A stretch of DNA of 32,000 nucleotides, taken from contig NZ_AP012549.1 in NCBI RefSeq assembly GCF_000829235.1, forward strand, positions 1,080,001 to 1,112,000. Reading direction: 5' to 3'. The notes under the pieces are model-generated. The model was not told the origin of the DNA. It was given only the letters and a program-made list of their open reading frames with translations, and made no database searches. How positions within the stretch are numbered: position 1 is the stretch's first letter; each line of letters begins with the position of its first letter. The stretch is from a cyanobacterium endosymbiont of Epithemia turgida isolate EtSB Lake Yunoko. Its GTDB lineage: Bacteria > Cyanobacteriota > Cyanobacteriia > Cyanobacteriales > Microcystaceae. Below are positions 9,450 through 19,165 of this stretch, piece after piece. A program made the translations under genes and the position numbers.

Positions 9450-10133
9450 TTAGTCTATATATTGCTGGAGAACTGATTGTAATTTTGTTCTCGCTCTAGC
9501 AATACGAGACTTGACTGTTCCGAGGGAGACCCCTGTCATTTGGGCAATTTCTTCGTAGGCCATGCCTTCGATTTCTCTTAGAACAATGGTTGTGCGAAAT
9601 GCCTCTGGTAAATCGGCGATCGCTACTTTTAGTCGGTCGTAGAACTCACGAGTTGCCAAGTCATCGTCAGGACTGGGGTAATCGGACACAATATCCCATT
9701 CAATCTCTCCGTCATCGACGCGCCTAGGAGCATCTAGTGAGATAGGATGACTAACCCGTTTACGTTTACGTAATTCATCGTAAAACAAATTTGTGGCAAT
9801 ACGACTTAACCAACCTCGAAATTTTACCGGTTCCTTCAGGCGTTTAATATTACGATAAACCCTAATCCAAACTTCTTGGGCAAGATCTGCTCTATCTTGC
9901 CAATCAGGAGCGAGGTGATAGAGAATCCGATCTACATGAGACTGGTAACGATTTAATAGCTCTGAGAATGCTATCCGGTCCGGTTTAAACCCTTCTTGAC
10001 AGCTCAAAATTAAGTCGTAATTAGACAGTCGTTCTGGAGATAGATTGAGGGAAGCTCGTTTCCCTTGTGTTGTTGACCAGGATGCTGAAATTGCTTGACT
10101 CATTAGGTTATTCAATGCGTGATTACTCCTCAC
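9450..10133 (-). CDS. Sigma-70 family RNA polymerase sigma factor, ECF-like (SigG-type arrangement with anti-sigma)
   Basis: Region 2 is DLAQEVWIRVYRNIKRL...FRGWLSRIATNLFYDELRK. The region 4 HTH is MAYEEIAQMTGVSLGTVKSRIARARTKL. The start is ambiguous: GTG 10133, TTG 10115 (GAGGAG 10 nt upstream) or ATG 10103. It contains an intact HIP1 site. Confidence 0.9.
   Translation of the reverse strand: MRSNHALNNLMSQAISASWSTTQGKRASLNLSPERLSNYDLILSCQEGFKPDRIAFSELLNRYQSHVDRILYHLAPDWQDRADLAQEVWIRVYRNIKRLKEPVKFRGWLSRIATNLFYDELRKRKRVSHPISLDAPRRVDDGEIEWDIVSDYPSPDDDLATREFYDRLKVAIADLPEAFRTTIVLREIEGMAYEEIAQMTGVSLGTVKSRIARARTKLQSVLQQYID
9616..9623. repeat. HIP1 octamer GCGATCGC (cyanobacterial highly iterated palindrome)
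   Basis: An exact GCGATCGC lies inside the sigma-factor CDS. It is one of only two exact copies I could find in the window. Confidence 0.6.
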
Positions 10134-10729
10134 ATTAATTTTTTCAAGACGGACTATTTGATTATAAGGTTCCCATTAACAATTAATTTCTAATCGGAAG
10201 CTAAGAATATTAGTAAAGTGGGAATTTTAGTAAAAAGATGTCTTTTTTGAATTTTTTTTTGAGTATTCAACAATTAAAAACTTAAGATGACGTTTGATTA
10301 CTTCATCTAACTGTTCACAGATTAAAAGTTAAAAGTACTGGTGGTCTAATAGGGAAATTCAACGATTATATAAAACTGATTAGGATGTTAAATCTCGAAT
10401 TTAACTATACGATTAATGGCTAAATTCAAGATTAATTGTTTCATAACATTAACAGATTGTTTGTAATGCATAGCTATTATTTTTCCCATTAATTAAGACT
10501 TCCATAAGTTATTTAAAGCCATGTAATATAGTTCTGCAGCTGATTCACAAATACGTTTTACTTCTATTTCTATTTGTAGAGTGAAATTACCATTTTTATA
10601 CGATGCGTATTTAACAATATTTTAAATGCTCATGTATAAAAAAATTTTGCTACTTTTATACCTGTTGTGATAGAAGAAAACAATATAATAAAATTTAAAA
10701 GTATCTTCTCGTAAAACTTACAAGATTAA

Positions 10730-10761
10730 AAGAGCTTAATTTTTATTGAAATTAAGCTCTT
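10730..10761. repeat. Perfect 13-bp stem / 6-nt loop hairpin in AT desert
   Basis: aagagcttaattt (10730-10742) pairs with aaattaagctctt (10749-10761). The loop is ttattg. Confidence 0.5.
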
Positions 10762-10944
10762 GCAGTTACTCTTTTAAAATAAATAAAAATTTTAAATTAT
10801 ACTAGTAAGTAGTTTAACGTTCTCAGTCTAGAAAAACTAAAATAATAAACTTGTCAAAAAAAGCTTTTAAAAAATCAATATATTTTTGAAGTTAAATATG
10901 CTACACTAAATATGATAGCAAAAAAATAACTTATAACAAGAGAG

Positions 10945-11066
10945 ATATAATCTGGATACAAACGATATCTAGATTATATTTATTTAACTCAATATCTTCG
11001 TTTAAGTGAACGAAGATATTGAGCATTCAAAAAGCTAGTTCACTCTTCTTTATAAGAGTGAACTAG
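10945..11066 (+). other. Cluster of three back-to-back hairpins (candidate structured RNA or stacked terminators)
   Basis: Hairpin 1 is 10945-10958 / 10966-10979, 14 bp with one G-T (G-U on + strand) and a 7-nt loop. Hairpin 2 is 10988-11002 / 11009-11023, 15 bp perfect, loop taagtg. Hairpin 3 is 11035-11047 / 11054-11066, 13 bp perfect, loop ctttat. The gaps between them are 8 and 11 nt. Confidence 0.45.
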
Positions 11067-12022
11067 AGATAGATCATAAAAAATAGTGAGCTCACTGTAG
11101 CAATAAATTTTAAAAAAGATAAAGATATAAATATTAAAAATAAGAATCTGAAGTAAAAATAAACTTTGTATGAATTAATAAACTACTTTAAAAATTGGCT
11201 AATGAATTAAAATTTAGGCCAGTACATTAATATATGAATAAATTATATACAGGAATGAAAGTAACTAGTTGGATAGAAAAATAAAACTGTGTTCATAAAG
11301 TTTTGGGATAGACAAGAATAGGATTGCTTAAAGAGTTGAGATACTCTTAACTGAGTTCAGGGCTAAAAACATAGAAATAAAAATCCTCTTTAACAAAAAA
11401 TCTTTAAAAGTCACCTTTAAAGCTAAAAAACTAGAAAAAAGATATCTATGATTTTAAATCAATATATATTTTTAAAAAAATTTAGAACAAAATTAAAGTC
11501 AATCAGAAAAAAAGTTTTAAGTTACATTATAAAATAACTAATTATATATCTATATATTTGTCAGGCTACTAACAAGAAACCTCTTATTAAATAAAATTCT
11601 AAAAGTAGATACAAAACTGTTTAATTTAGTTTATAGACATTTTTCTAACAGTATATGACTGTCTTAAAAAAAATTAATTAATAGAAGATAATGGCGAATG
11701 ACACCATAGCAAAAATATAAAAAATATTTCAATAATTTTAGAGAACATCTACTAGCTCAATTTCGAATAATTAAGTTCAAGTTAATAGAGAGAGATTATA
11801 AATGTTATTATATGAGCCTTAAGTTAATGAGTATTTAAAAAAAATTTACGAGATACAATAAGAAATTTAAAATTTAACTTATTCTAATTATTTAAACTTA
11901 CTCTAATTTTTTAGAAAAGTATAGCAGCTGCATCTAGTACTGGACGTATTCACAGGGAATAATCTAATGTTAGATTGGGCTGCTGTTATTTTATTTAACT
12001 ATAAAGTAGAGAAATAGACAAT

Positions 12023-12049
12023 CAGTAAGGGCTGAAGCACCCATTACTG
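12023..12049 (-). terminator. Candidate terminator of the aas-ylqD transcription unit
   Basis: cagtaaggg (12023-12031) pairs with cccattactg (12040-12049) with one bulge, around an 8-nt loop. It lies 50-75 nt downstream of the ylqD-like stop. On the minus strand it is followed by a T-rich tract (attgtctatttctc). Confidence 0.4.
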
Positions 12050-12099
12050 ATCCATTTCATTAATTTTTAGCTTGGCGCTTTTAATATTTCTATAAATTT

Positions 12100-12549
12100 T
12101 TAAATATCACCACGAATTTCTTCAACAACTCCATCGCGAACCACAATTTCTACGTTCAGCTTTTTGAGTAAATTATCTCCTTTTTCTAAACGGAAAAAGC
12201 TTTCCATCTGCCCTTGAACCACTTCCTGATCTAACTCCAACAATTGAACCTGCTGCATTTGCTGTAAAAACTGATTTTTATTTTCTAACATCTCACTTTT
12301 TTTTTCATTAATCTGAAGTCGAATATTATCAATTTGCTCAGTGACCGTAGGTCCCGGGGGAGAGATACTTTGTTTTTGAATTTCTGTAATCGTCCGTTGA
12401 CCTTGTATTTCAATCTGCTGCATCTGGTCATCAAGTTGAGTGATTTGCGCTTGAAGTTGCTGTTGTGCCTCTTGTTTCCAAGTTGTCGTAACTATTATTT
12501 TCAAGGTAATCGGTCGTTTTAGCAGTAAACTGGGGTTTGCCTCATCCAT
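12100..12549 (-). CDS. YlqD-family-like small coiled-coil protein (conserved cyanobacterial hypothetical)
   Basis: 149 aa, with a Q/E-rich central coiled-coil region and a C-terminal tail LEKGDNLLKKLNVEIVVRDGVVEEIRGDI. The family assignment is recalled from memory. It lies 36 bp downstream of aas on the same strand. Confidence 0.65.
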   Translation of the reverse strand: MDEANPSLLLKRPITLKIIVTTTWKQEAQQQLQAQITQLDDQMQQIEIQGQRTITEIQKQSISPPGPTVTEQIDNIRLQINEKKSEMLENKNQFLQQMQQVQLLELDQEVVQGQMESFFRLEKGDNLLKKLNVEIVVRDGVVEEIRGDI

Positions 12550-12585
12550 TAGTTTTCCATCCTTTCATAAATTATTAGTGATTAA

Positions 12586-14517
12586 TCAGGAAACTTTCCT
12601 ATAATCAAATATCTCGTCAATCATACCTTGATACTGTTGTATAACGACTTGCCGTTTAATTTTAAATGTCTGGGTCATTAAACCATTTTCACGGGAAAAT
12701 GGTTCTAAAATAAATTTAAAACTTTTTATTTTGTCATCAGGGCGGTATCCAGGACGGTTTTTCACTTCTCGACCTAACTCTTCCCGAAATAAAGTTTGTA
12801 TGGGCTGACTATAAAGATCACTACAGACAATTTCTTCAGAAGTTCCGGACATATCGGGAAGGTTTAGAGTGATTTGTTGGTTTTGTCCCCACTTGTTCAA
12901 TGCTTCTAGATTGGGCACAATTAACGCCCCTAAAGCTTTTTGATCTTGACCTACCAATATAATTTGGTCAATGTAGGGACTACGGGTACAAGCCTCTTCA
13001 ATAGCCTGTGGTTCGATGTTTTCTCCATTACTCAAAACTATTGTATCTTTGTCCCGTCCAGTAATCACTAAATCACCCATATCAGTTAACCACCCTAAGT
13101 CCCCTGAATTAAACCAATTGTCATCATTAATAGCTTTGGCGGTAGCTTCGGGATTTTTATAGTAACCTTGCATCACTTGAGTTCCCCGAATTAACACAAG
13201 TCCTCTTTCTCCTTGAGGAACCGGTTGTCCGCTATCAGGATCAACAATACAAACTTCGGTTTCAGGAATACATTGTCCTGATGATCCGCGTAAGTTGTGG
13301 CTATGGGTACGAACATTAGTAACAGGGGCGGTTTCAGTTAGCCCATAACCTACTAAAAGGGGAATGTTGATAATTTCGTAAAAAGTATCGATATGTCTAG
13401 CCAGAGAACCTCCTCCACTAACAATAGTTCTAAGGTTTCCTCCAACTTCTTGCCGAATCTTACTGTAGATTAGTTTGTCTGCTAATCTATGAAGGGGAGT
13501 TAATAAAACCGTTTTTATTTTGGCTAAAAGGCGTTCTGCACTAGAAGCTTTAAGGTGGTCTAGACTAAGATTATTGGCAATACGTCGGGCGATAATGTAC
13601 TGTTCTGAAACGGTTAGGAAAAATTGGATTATTTTTTGTTGGGTGGAACTTTGTTTCCGAAATTGCTTTTGAATGCCTTCATAAAGGAATTCCCAAAGAC
13701 GGGGGACTCCAACCATGTGTTGGGGTTTAAATCGTATGAGATCAGCCTTAAATGTACGTATATTAGTGTAAGTTAAAATACAACCCCGAGAAAGGATAAA
13801 ATATTCTGTGCTACGTTCGTAGGCATGCCATGATGGTAAGATAGCAAGAACACGCTCACCTGGTCTAGGTTGGATAACCGCTTCCAAGTAAACCACCTGA
13901 TGGAGTAAGTTTCTGTGGCACAACATAACCCCTTTTGGTCGTCCAGTGGTTCCGGAAGTATAGATTAAAGTGGCTAGCGTTTCTTTAGTTTGATGAACAG
14001 GTTTTAGGGTGGAATGACTTCCTAGTTCCATCAATTCTTGGAAGTTGAGGATTTTGATAATGTCGTCTGCACTTCTTTGTTCATCACTTAACAAAATAAT
14101 TAGTTCAATAGGCAATCTATTAAGATCGGACCGGAGTTTAGCTAAGGTTTGTTGGTTTTCTACAATGAGGATGCTACTATTGCTATCACTCAAAATGTAG
14201 AGTAATTCATCTTTATCGGCTTGAGCCGAACGTACCACATTAGCCGCACCAGCCATCATTGATCCTTGATCGGCTATAAACCAACGGGGACTGTTATCAG
14301 CGACCAGGGCAACTTGTGAGGAAGATTTTATTCCTAAACTTTGTAATCCTGCGGCAAAATCTTTAATGTTTTGGTACAACTCACCATAGGTTATGCTTAC
14401 GTTGGGCGTACTATGTGGGTCTTCAAGGGCAACGATATCCTTAAATTTTTCAGCCGTTAGGGTCCAAATTTCAGGTAAGGTATTGATTAATGAATAGTCT
14501 GGTTGATTTGTCATCAA
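12586..14517 (-). CDS. aas: AMP-dependent long-chain acyl synthetase (cyanobacterial acyl-ACP synthetase Aas type)
   Basis: 643 aa. The AMP-binding motifs are IYTSGTTGRPKGV, GYGLTE and TGRDKDTIVLSNGENIEP. The N-terminal pattern LPEIW...SITYGEL...ADNSPRWFIADQGSMMAGAANVVR matches cyanobacterial Aas as recalled. Confidence 0.85.
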   Translation of the reverse strand: MMTNQPDYSLINTLPEIWTLTAEKFKDIVALEDPHSTPNVSITYGELYQNIKDFAAGLQSLGIKSSSQVALVADNSPRWFIADQGSMMAGAANVVRSAQADKDELLYILSDSNSSILIVENQQTLAKLRSDLNRLPIELIILLSDEQRSADDIIKILNFQELMELGSHSTLKPVHQTKETLATLIYTSGTTGRPKGVMLCHRNLLHQVVYLEAVIQPRPGERVLAILPSWHAYERSTEYFILSRGCILTYTNIRTFKADLIRFKPQHMVGVPRLWEFLYEGIQKQFRKQSSTQQKIIQFFLTVSEQYIIARRIANNLSLDHLKASSAERLLAKIKTVLLTPLHRLADKLIYSKIRQEVGGNLRTIVSGGGSLARHIDTFYEIINIPLLVGYGLTETAPVTNVRTHSHNLRGSSGQCIPETEVCIVDPDSGQPVPQGERGLVLIRGTQVMQGYYKNPEATAKAINDDNWFNSGDLGWLTDMGDLVITGRDKDTIVLSNGENIEPQAIEEACTRSPYIDQIILVGQDQKALGALIVPNLEALNKWGQNQQITLNLPDMSGTSEEIVCSDLYSQPIQTLFREELGREVKNRPGYRPDDKIKSFKFILEPFSRENGLMTQTFKIKRQVVIQQYQGMIDEIFDYRKVS

Positions 14518-15770
14518 ACTTTAGTTGAAGAATGCTTGTAAATCAAATATTAACCCTTTTACAAGGAGGTGTTAACAGCGCACAACTTGTCTAAACATAC
14601 TGAATATAGGTGTGTTACATTGAAACGAAAGTTCAATTTATCTAATAAAAAGAGTTGGTCTAAGTACTTTTACTTTGTTAGTAAACATTTAGTAATTGTT
14701 AGGATACTCATCCTTACCTAAATTTTAGATCTAAAAAGTATAACTAATACAAATTTTATAAACTTGTAAAAAATTGTTAAATAATAATATTCCCAGTTCT
14801 AATTAATCATTAGATATAAAAAATAGATCAATAAAAAGTAGACAAAAAATAGGTAATTAATATAAAAATATATACACTTAATTCTAAAAAATCTAGCATA
14901 AATTTTAACTAAAATGTTACGATTTTCTTGTAAAAATAATGTGATAACAAAGACTATACCCTAAATAATCATTAGATCCGTTTTTAAACGTTTTCGAGAT
15001 TCAGTTAAGTGAAAAAGTTGAAATAAATAAGACATGATAAGCAATCAACAGACTAATATCATCATTATTGGATTAGGATTATGTTTGATTTTCCAGCAAA
15101 CATTATTTTTGTTAAGGTAACTAAAAGTCTATATACTCGAAAAATTTATCCTCTATGCCAAATTTGGCAATAATCTTTTTCAGACTATCCTATTACTGTT
15201 TATTAGTAGTGGTTGCAGGAGGGGTTTCTTTATTACTAGCTACTGTGTTAATGTATTTTGTTGATGAACCTAAAACCTCAGAAAAGACATCTATAAAAGT
15301 AGAAATTTGATCTCCTTCCTAAGATTTAGGATCTCAAATTTTACTCCTTGTTTACAATTATCTATTTATGAAGAGGCAACTTCAGAACGGTGTAAAGGAA
15401 ATTTTAGGTAAAGTTACATAATTCAACCGAAGTTTCTCTACCTTTCCTAAGCTTCTAACCGTCTTAAATCACTTATTTTAGGACTGTAATGGAGTATATC
15501 TACAAAAGATATTAGATACTACATCATTTAAAAAACCAATTTATCTTAATACTATATATATCCTTAAACAACGTAAGTTAAACTAAATATAAAAAAATAT
15601 TGTTCCTCTCAATATATAAGTTAAAATACGAAATAATTGACGATAATATAAAATATTAATCGAAAATAATTAGGACTACAATGGCTTTCAAAAGCTAACA
15701 GAAAACAAGGACAGCCTACGCTTTAATTCCGAATCGAGAGAAAGGCTTTGAAGTAAATTCAGTATAAGTT

Positions 15771-15811
15771 ATCAGATTGAACACTTGAGACATCAAAGTG
15801 TTCAATCTGAT
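15771..15811. repeat. Orphan 16-bp perfect hairpin in AT desert
   Basis: atcagattgaacactt (15771-15786) pairs with aagtgttcaatctgat (15796-15811). The loop is gagacatca (9 nt). A TTTT run occurs only 6 nt after the stem on the + strand. Confidence 0.5.
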
Positions 15812-16769
15812 GGCAGTTTTCAATTGAGTAGCTTACAATAACAATACTGTAGAAACTCAATTAATTACGTCTTCATCAGTTCTTAAATTAATAACTTCAT
15901 TGATAGACTAATTGAATTTTATGAAATTTTTGAGTTAGCAAATATTCTTCTATTTTTGTCCAACAGGTTTTAATAAAGTTTAAATCAGGACAATAATAAA
16001 ATACAACTTTTACTTTTTACTTCTATATATTCCATCAGGTTTATATTTTTCGTAGCTTCATAAATTTTAAAAATATTCCTAATTGCATAGACTTTTGGCT
16101 AGCTACTTCTATAGTAGAAGTACTTTCCCTATCGAAGTAAAAACAGCTTTTATATTTATACATTTTTTATATTAAAAAATTTATAAAAACCTGGTATAAA
16201 GATAGATTGAATTAATATAATATTTTTGCCTACTTTCCTTCAAAGAAGACTTACTAAATTGAGTTTAATTAGTCAGTCTAACTAACTTTTGAACAAAATA
16301 TATCCTTTGAATATAAATGTTTGCCTTAAATATAGTTTTAGACAGAGTTAGGATAATCCATATTTCTTGGAGTTCACTTTCAAGCTAGTACGTGGTTTTT
16401 TCCAATTAAATAACGATATTTATTTAACTAGATAAGAAATAGATAATAAAAAAATTTTCTGTCATGAGAAAGAATCTGCTAGTGTATAAAGTTCTTTAAA
16501 GGTGCAATGTCTTGATACAGGAAAAGTAATTGCAACAGCGATAATTTTTTTATAAACAGAGATAATCTCTTTTTTCTTGAAAAAGGTTTGTAAATTGAGG
16601 AACTAAATGACAATACAACAATACTCAAATCTTTGATAGAAGTAATTTTACTCAAAAGATACTATTGAGACTATATTCTATATCCATGGTACTATACCTC
16701 AATAAATACCACTTTTAGTTAGATTAGAATAGAGCTGCTTCCCCATCTTTCTACAACTTTTTATCAAAC

Positions 16770-17246
16770 TCAAGTTTCATAAACATCATCAGAGGGTAAA
16801 TTAGGTTGTTGAGAAGCTTCAACCGCGAGGTAATCGCAATATTCATTTTCTGGGTTTCCTGCATGACCTTTAACCCAAACAAAATCAACCTGATGCTTCT
16901 CGCATAAGTCTAGTAATTGTTGCCAAAGATCGGGGTTTTTAGCGGATTCTTTCTTGTTGCGCTTCCAACTGTTGTCCCGCCATTTTTTCGCCCATCCTTT
17001 AACGATAGCATCAACTAAGTAGCGAGAGTCAGTATAAAGAGTAACATCACATTTTATGTTAAGAGTTTCTAGCCCAACAATTGCCGCCATCATTTCCATA
17101 CGATTATTGGTAGTTAAACGAAAGCCTCCTGATAATTTTTTTCGGTATTCGTTATAAATCAAAAGGGTTCCATAGCCCCCTGCACCAGGATTTCCCGAAC
17201 AAGCTCCATCCGTGTAAATTAAAACTTTTTTGAGAGAATTATTCAT
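16770..17246 (-). CDS. rnhA: Ribonuclease HI
   Basis: 158 aa with [30 protein letters not shown] and [15 protein letters not shown]. This is the full DEDD catalytic pattern. Confidence 0.93.
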   Translation of the reverse strand: MNNSLKKVLIYTDGACSGNPGAGGYGTLLIYNEYRKKLSGGFRLTTNNRMEMMAAIVGLETLNIKCDVTLYTDSRYLVDAIVKGWAKKWRDNSWKRNKKESAKNPDLWQQLLDLCEKHQVDFVWVKGHAGNPENEYCDYLAVEASQQPNLPSDDVYET

Positions 17247-17336
17247 AACTTAACCACTTCTTCTATTAATTGACTAAAAAAAATCCGTTAAGATGGACGT
17301 AGTTGATACTTTTTTTAGGAAAGATTTAGATTAAAC

Positions 17337-18854
17337 TTAAGAATCTGTATCGACATCAACGTTACTAAGAGTAATGCTTTGTCTATCACTAAAACTATCG
17401 GATTCTTTCACGAAACCATGATAAGCTTCCATGCCATGTTCACCTATATCTAGTCCGTTTATTTCCTCTTCTTGAGTAATACGGGTGCCCAAAGTGACCT
17501 CAAGAACTATCCAAACTACGCCACTGAAAATGACAGTAAAGACTCCAATGGAAATAATACCAACAATTTGATTAATTAATTGACCAATACCACCGCCATA
17601 AAAAAGACCCACTTTTGTGTCAAAAAAACCAACTGCTAAAGTCCCCCAAATTCCGTTGACTAGATGAACAGAAATAGCCCCAACAGGATCATCAATTTTC
17701 ACAACAGAGTCAAAGAAATCAACAGAGTAGACGACAATCACTCCGGCGATTGCTCCTATAACAACAGCTCCGAAATAGGAAACCCCATCACAACCGGCAG
17801 TAATTCCTACTAAACCGGAAAGAATACCATTGATAATCATAGGAAGATCGGGCTTTTTGTTCTTAAACCAAACGACTAAAGTGGCTGCTATACCACCACT
17901 AGCAGCAGCTAGGTTAGTGGTAACAGCGATATAAGGAACCATTTCATCGGCTGATAATTGAGAACCTGAGTTAAACCCAAACCAGCCAATCCAAAGAATG
18001 AGACAGCCCAAGGTAGCAATACTCATATTGTGGCCAGGAATAGTTTGAGGACGACCATAGACATACTTACCCATTCGAGGACCAAGAATAGCAGCCCCAA
18101 CCAAACCAGCCCAACCTCCGACGGAGTGAACCACTGTAGAACCGGCAAAGTCTTTGAAGTTACCTAACCAACCACCTCCCCAAACCCAGTGGCCAGTGAC
18201 AGAATAAGAGACTGCTACTAACAATAGACTAAAAATTAAAAAGTCAATAGATTTAATCCGTTCAGCCACAGCTCCTGAAACAATAGTAGCGGTAGTTATG
18301 GCAAATGCGGCTTGAAACAAAAAGGCAACTGAAATAGGCAGTCCAGTCGGAAACGGATCAAGTCCATAAGTTGCAGGATTATCACTACTTAAAAACCAAC
18401 CACCACCTCCAATAATGGGGTTGTCAGGACTACCAAACATCAAAGAAAATCCGATTGCCCAATAAGCGAGGATTGATAAGGCTAAGACAATCAAATTTTT
18501 TGAGAGGATGTTGACGGCATTTTTCCGACGACAGAAACCTGTTTCGAGCATCCCGAAACCTGCATTCATGCCAATGACCAAAATGGCGGCAATTAACACC
18601 CAAATAGCATTGAGGGTTCCCTGAAGGGTTGCTATATTAGTATTGATGTTTTCAATAGCAATTCCAGTAGTTTCTGCATCTTGTGCGGCTATTGCTCCAT
18701 GCCAAATAATGACAATAATGGCAGTCAAGGGGATACAAGCCAGCCAGTAGGGAGAAAAAAGATGGGCAGTAGACTTAAATAATTTCCCATAGGACATATC
18801 CCATAAACAAGGAAAAGTCTTAGAAACGGCTTTAATCGTTCTCATTGATCGCAT
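17337..18854 (-). CDS. amt: Ammonium transporter (Amt family)
   Basis: 505 aa, polytopic. It carries the Amt signature [20 protein letters not shown] and [19 protein letters not shown]. The N-terminal leader ends ...GAIAAQD. The exact start is uncertain (M1, M4 or M20). Confidence 0.93.
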   Translation of the reverse strand: MRSMRTIKAVSKTFPCLWDMSYGKLFKSTAHLFSPYWLACIPLTAIIVIIWHGAIAAQDAETTGIAIENINTNIATLQGTLNAIWVLIAAILVIGMNAGFGMLETGFCRRKNAVNILSKNLIVLALSILAYWAIGFSLMFGSPDNPIIGGGGWFLSSDNPATYGLDPFPTGLPISVAFLFQAAFAITTATIVSGAVAERIKSIDFLIFSLLLVAVSYSVTGHWVWGGGWLGNFKDFAGSTVVHSVGGWAGLVGAAILGPRMGKYVYGRPQTIPGHNMSIATLGCLILWIGWFGFNSGSQLSADEMVPYIAVTTNLAAASGGIAATLVVWFKNKKPDLPMIINGILSGLVGITAGCDGVSYFGAVVIGAIAGVIVVYSVDFFDSVVKIDDPVGAISVHLVNGIWGTLAVGFFDTKVGLFYGGGIGQLINQIVGIISIGVFTVIFSGVVWIVLEVTLGTRITQEEEINGLDIGEHGMEAYHGFVKESDSFSDRQSITLSNVDVDTDS

Positions 18855-19054
18855 TTTAGTTAATATTCGATGAGAGGTTTCATTGAGTTAAATTGACTCT
18901 ATCCATGTCGGACATGATAGCGAGATTATTCAATAAAATCAGCAAATGTTTGTGTGTTATGACTGCTCGCCTTGTTTTTGTCCTTAATTTTATTGTCTAA
19001 ACTATAAACATAACCGACAAATCCTTCTAACATAGCAGATTAGAGTTATATCAA

Positions 19055-19118
19055 CCTAAATTGACTGTTAGTATAGTAATACCTAAAAGGGGATTGCTAT
19101 ATTAACAGTCAATTTAGG
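19055..19118 (+). promoter_or_regulatory. Long hairpin (26 bp, 12-nt loop) in the amt/ribD divergent intergenic region, 48 nt upstream of ribD
   Basis: 19055-19070 pairs perfectly with 19103-19118 (16 bp). 19071-19080 then pairs with 19093-19102 (8 Watson-Crick pairs plus 2 G-T). The loop is acctaaaagggg. Both mismatches are G-U on the + strand but C-A on the minus strand. Confidence 0.4.
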
Positions 19119-19165
19119 CTTGGTACATCTCAAAGTTTTTATAATTTTTTGACTCTAACGAAATC

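Noticed and set aside
11895-11907. 13-mer aacttactctaat shared with 27046-27058, a possible dispersed repeat family
   Set aside because: A rough estimate predicts many chance 13-mer matches among about 17 kb of 80-90% AT sequence. The flanks do not align.
11871-11908. Degenerate 2 x 19 bp tandem repeat (aatttaacttattctaatt / atttaaacttactctaatt, 16/19 identical)
   Set aside because: It is probably an old slippage event in low-complexity DNA. It is too short and degenerate to attach any function.
12334-12522. 62-aa ORF antisense to the ylqD-like gene. Similar shadows lie at 21867-22049 (antisense rpsR), 26008-26265 (antisense DUF3386-like) and 27699-27884 (antisense 85-aa gene)
   Set aside because: All overlap better-supported genes on the opposite strand and have low-complexity or odd composition.
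17247-17336. T8 run (minus strand) between amt and rnhA as an amt terminator
   Set aside because: The preceding stem is only 3-4 bp. It may simply be an AT-rich spacer, and amt-rnhA could be co-transcribed.
19071-19082. NtcA-like site GTAtagtaaTAC upstream of amt/ribD
   Set aside because: The spacing is N6, not the N8 required by the GTA-N8-TAC consensus. It is also part of the long hairpin stem.
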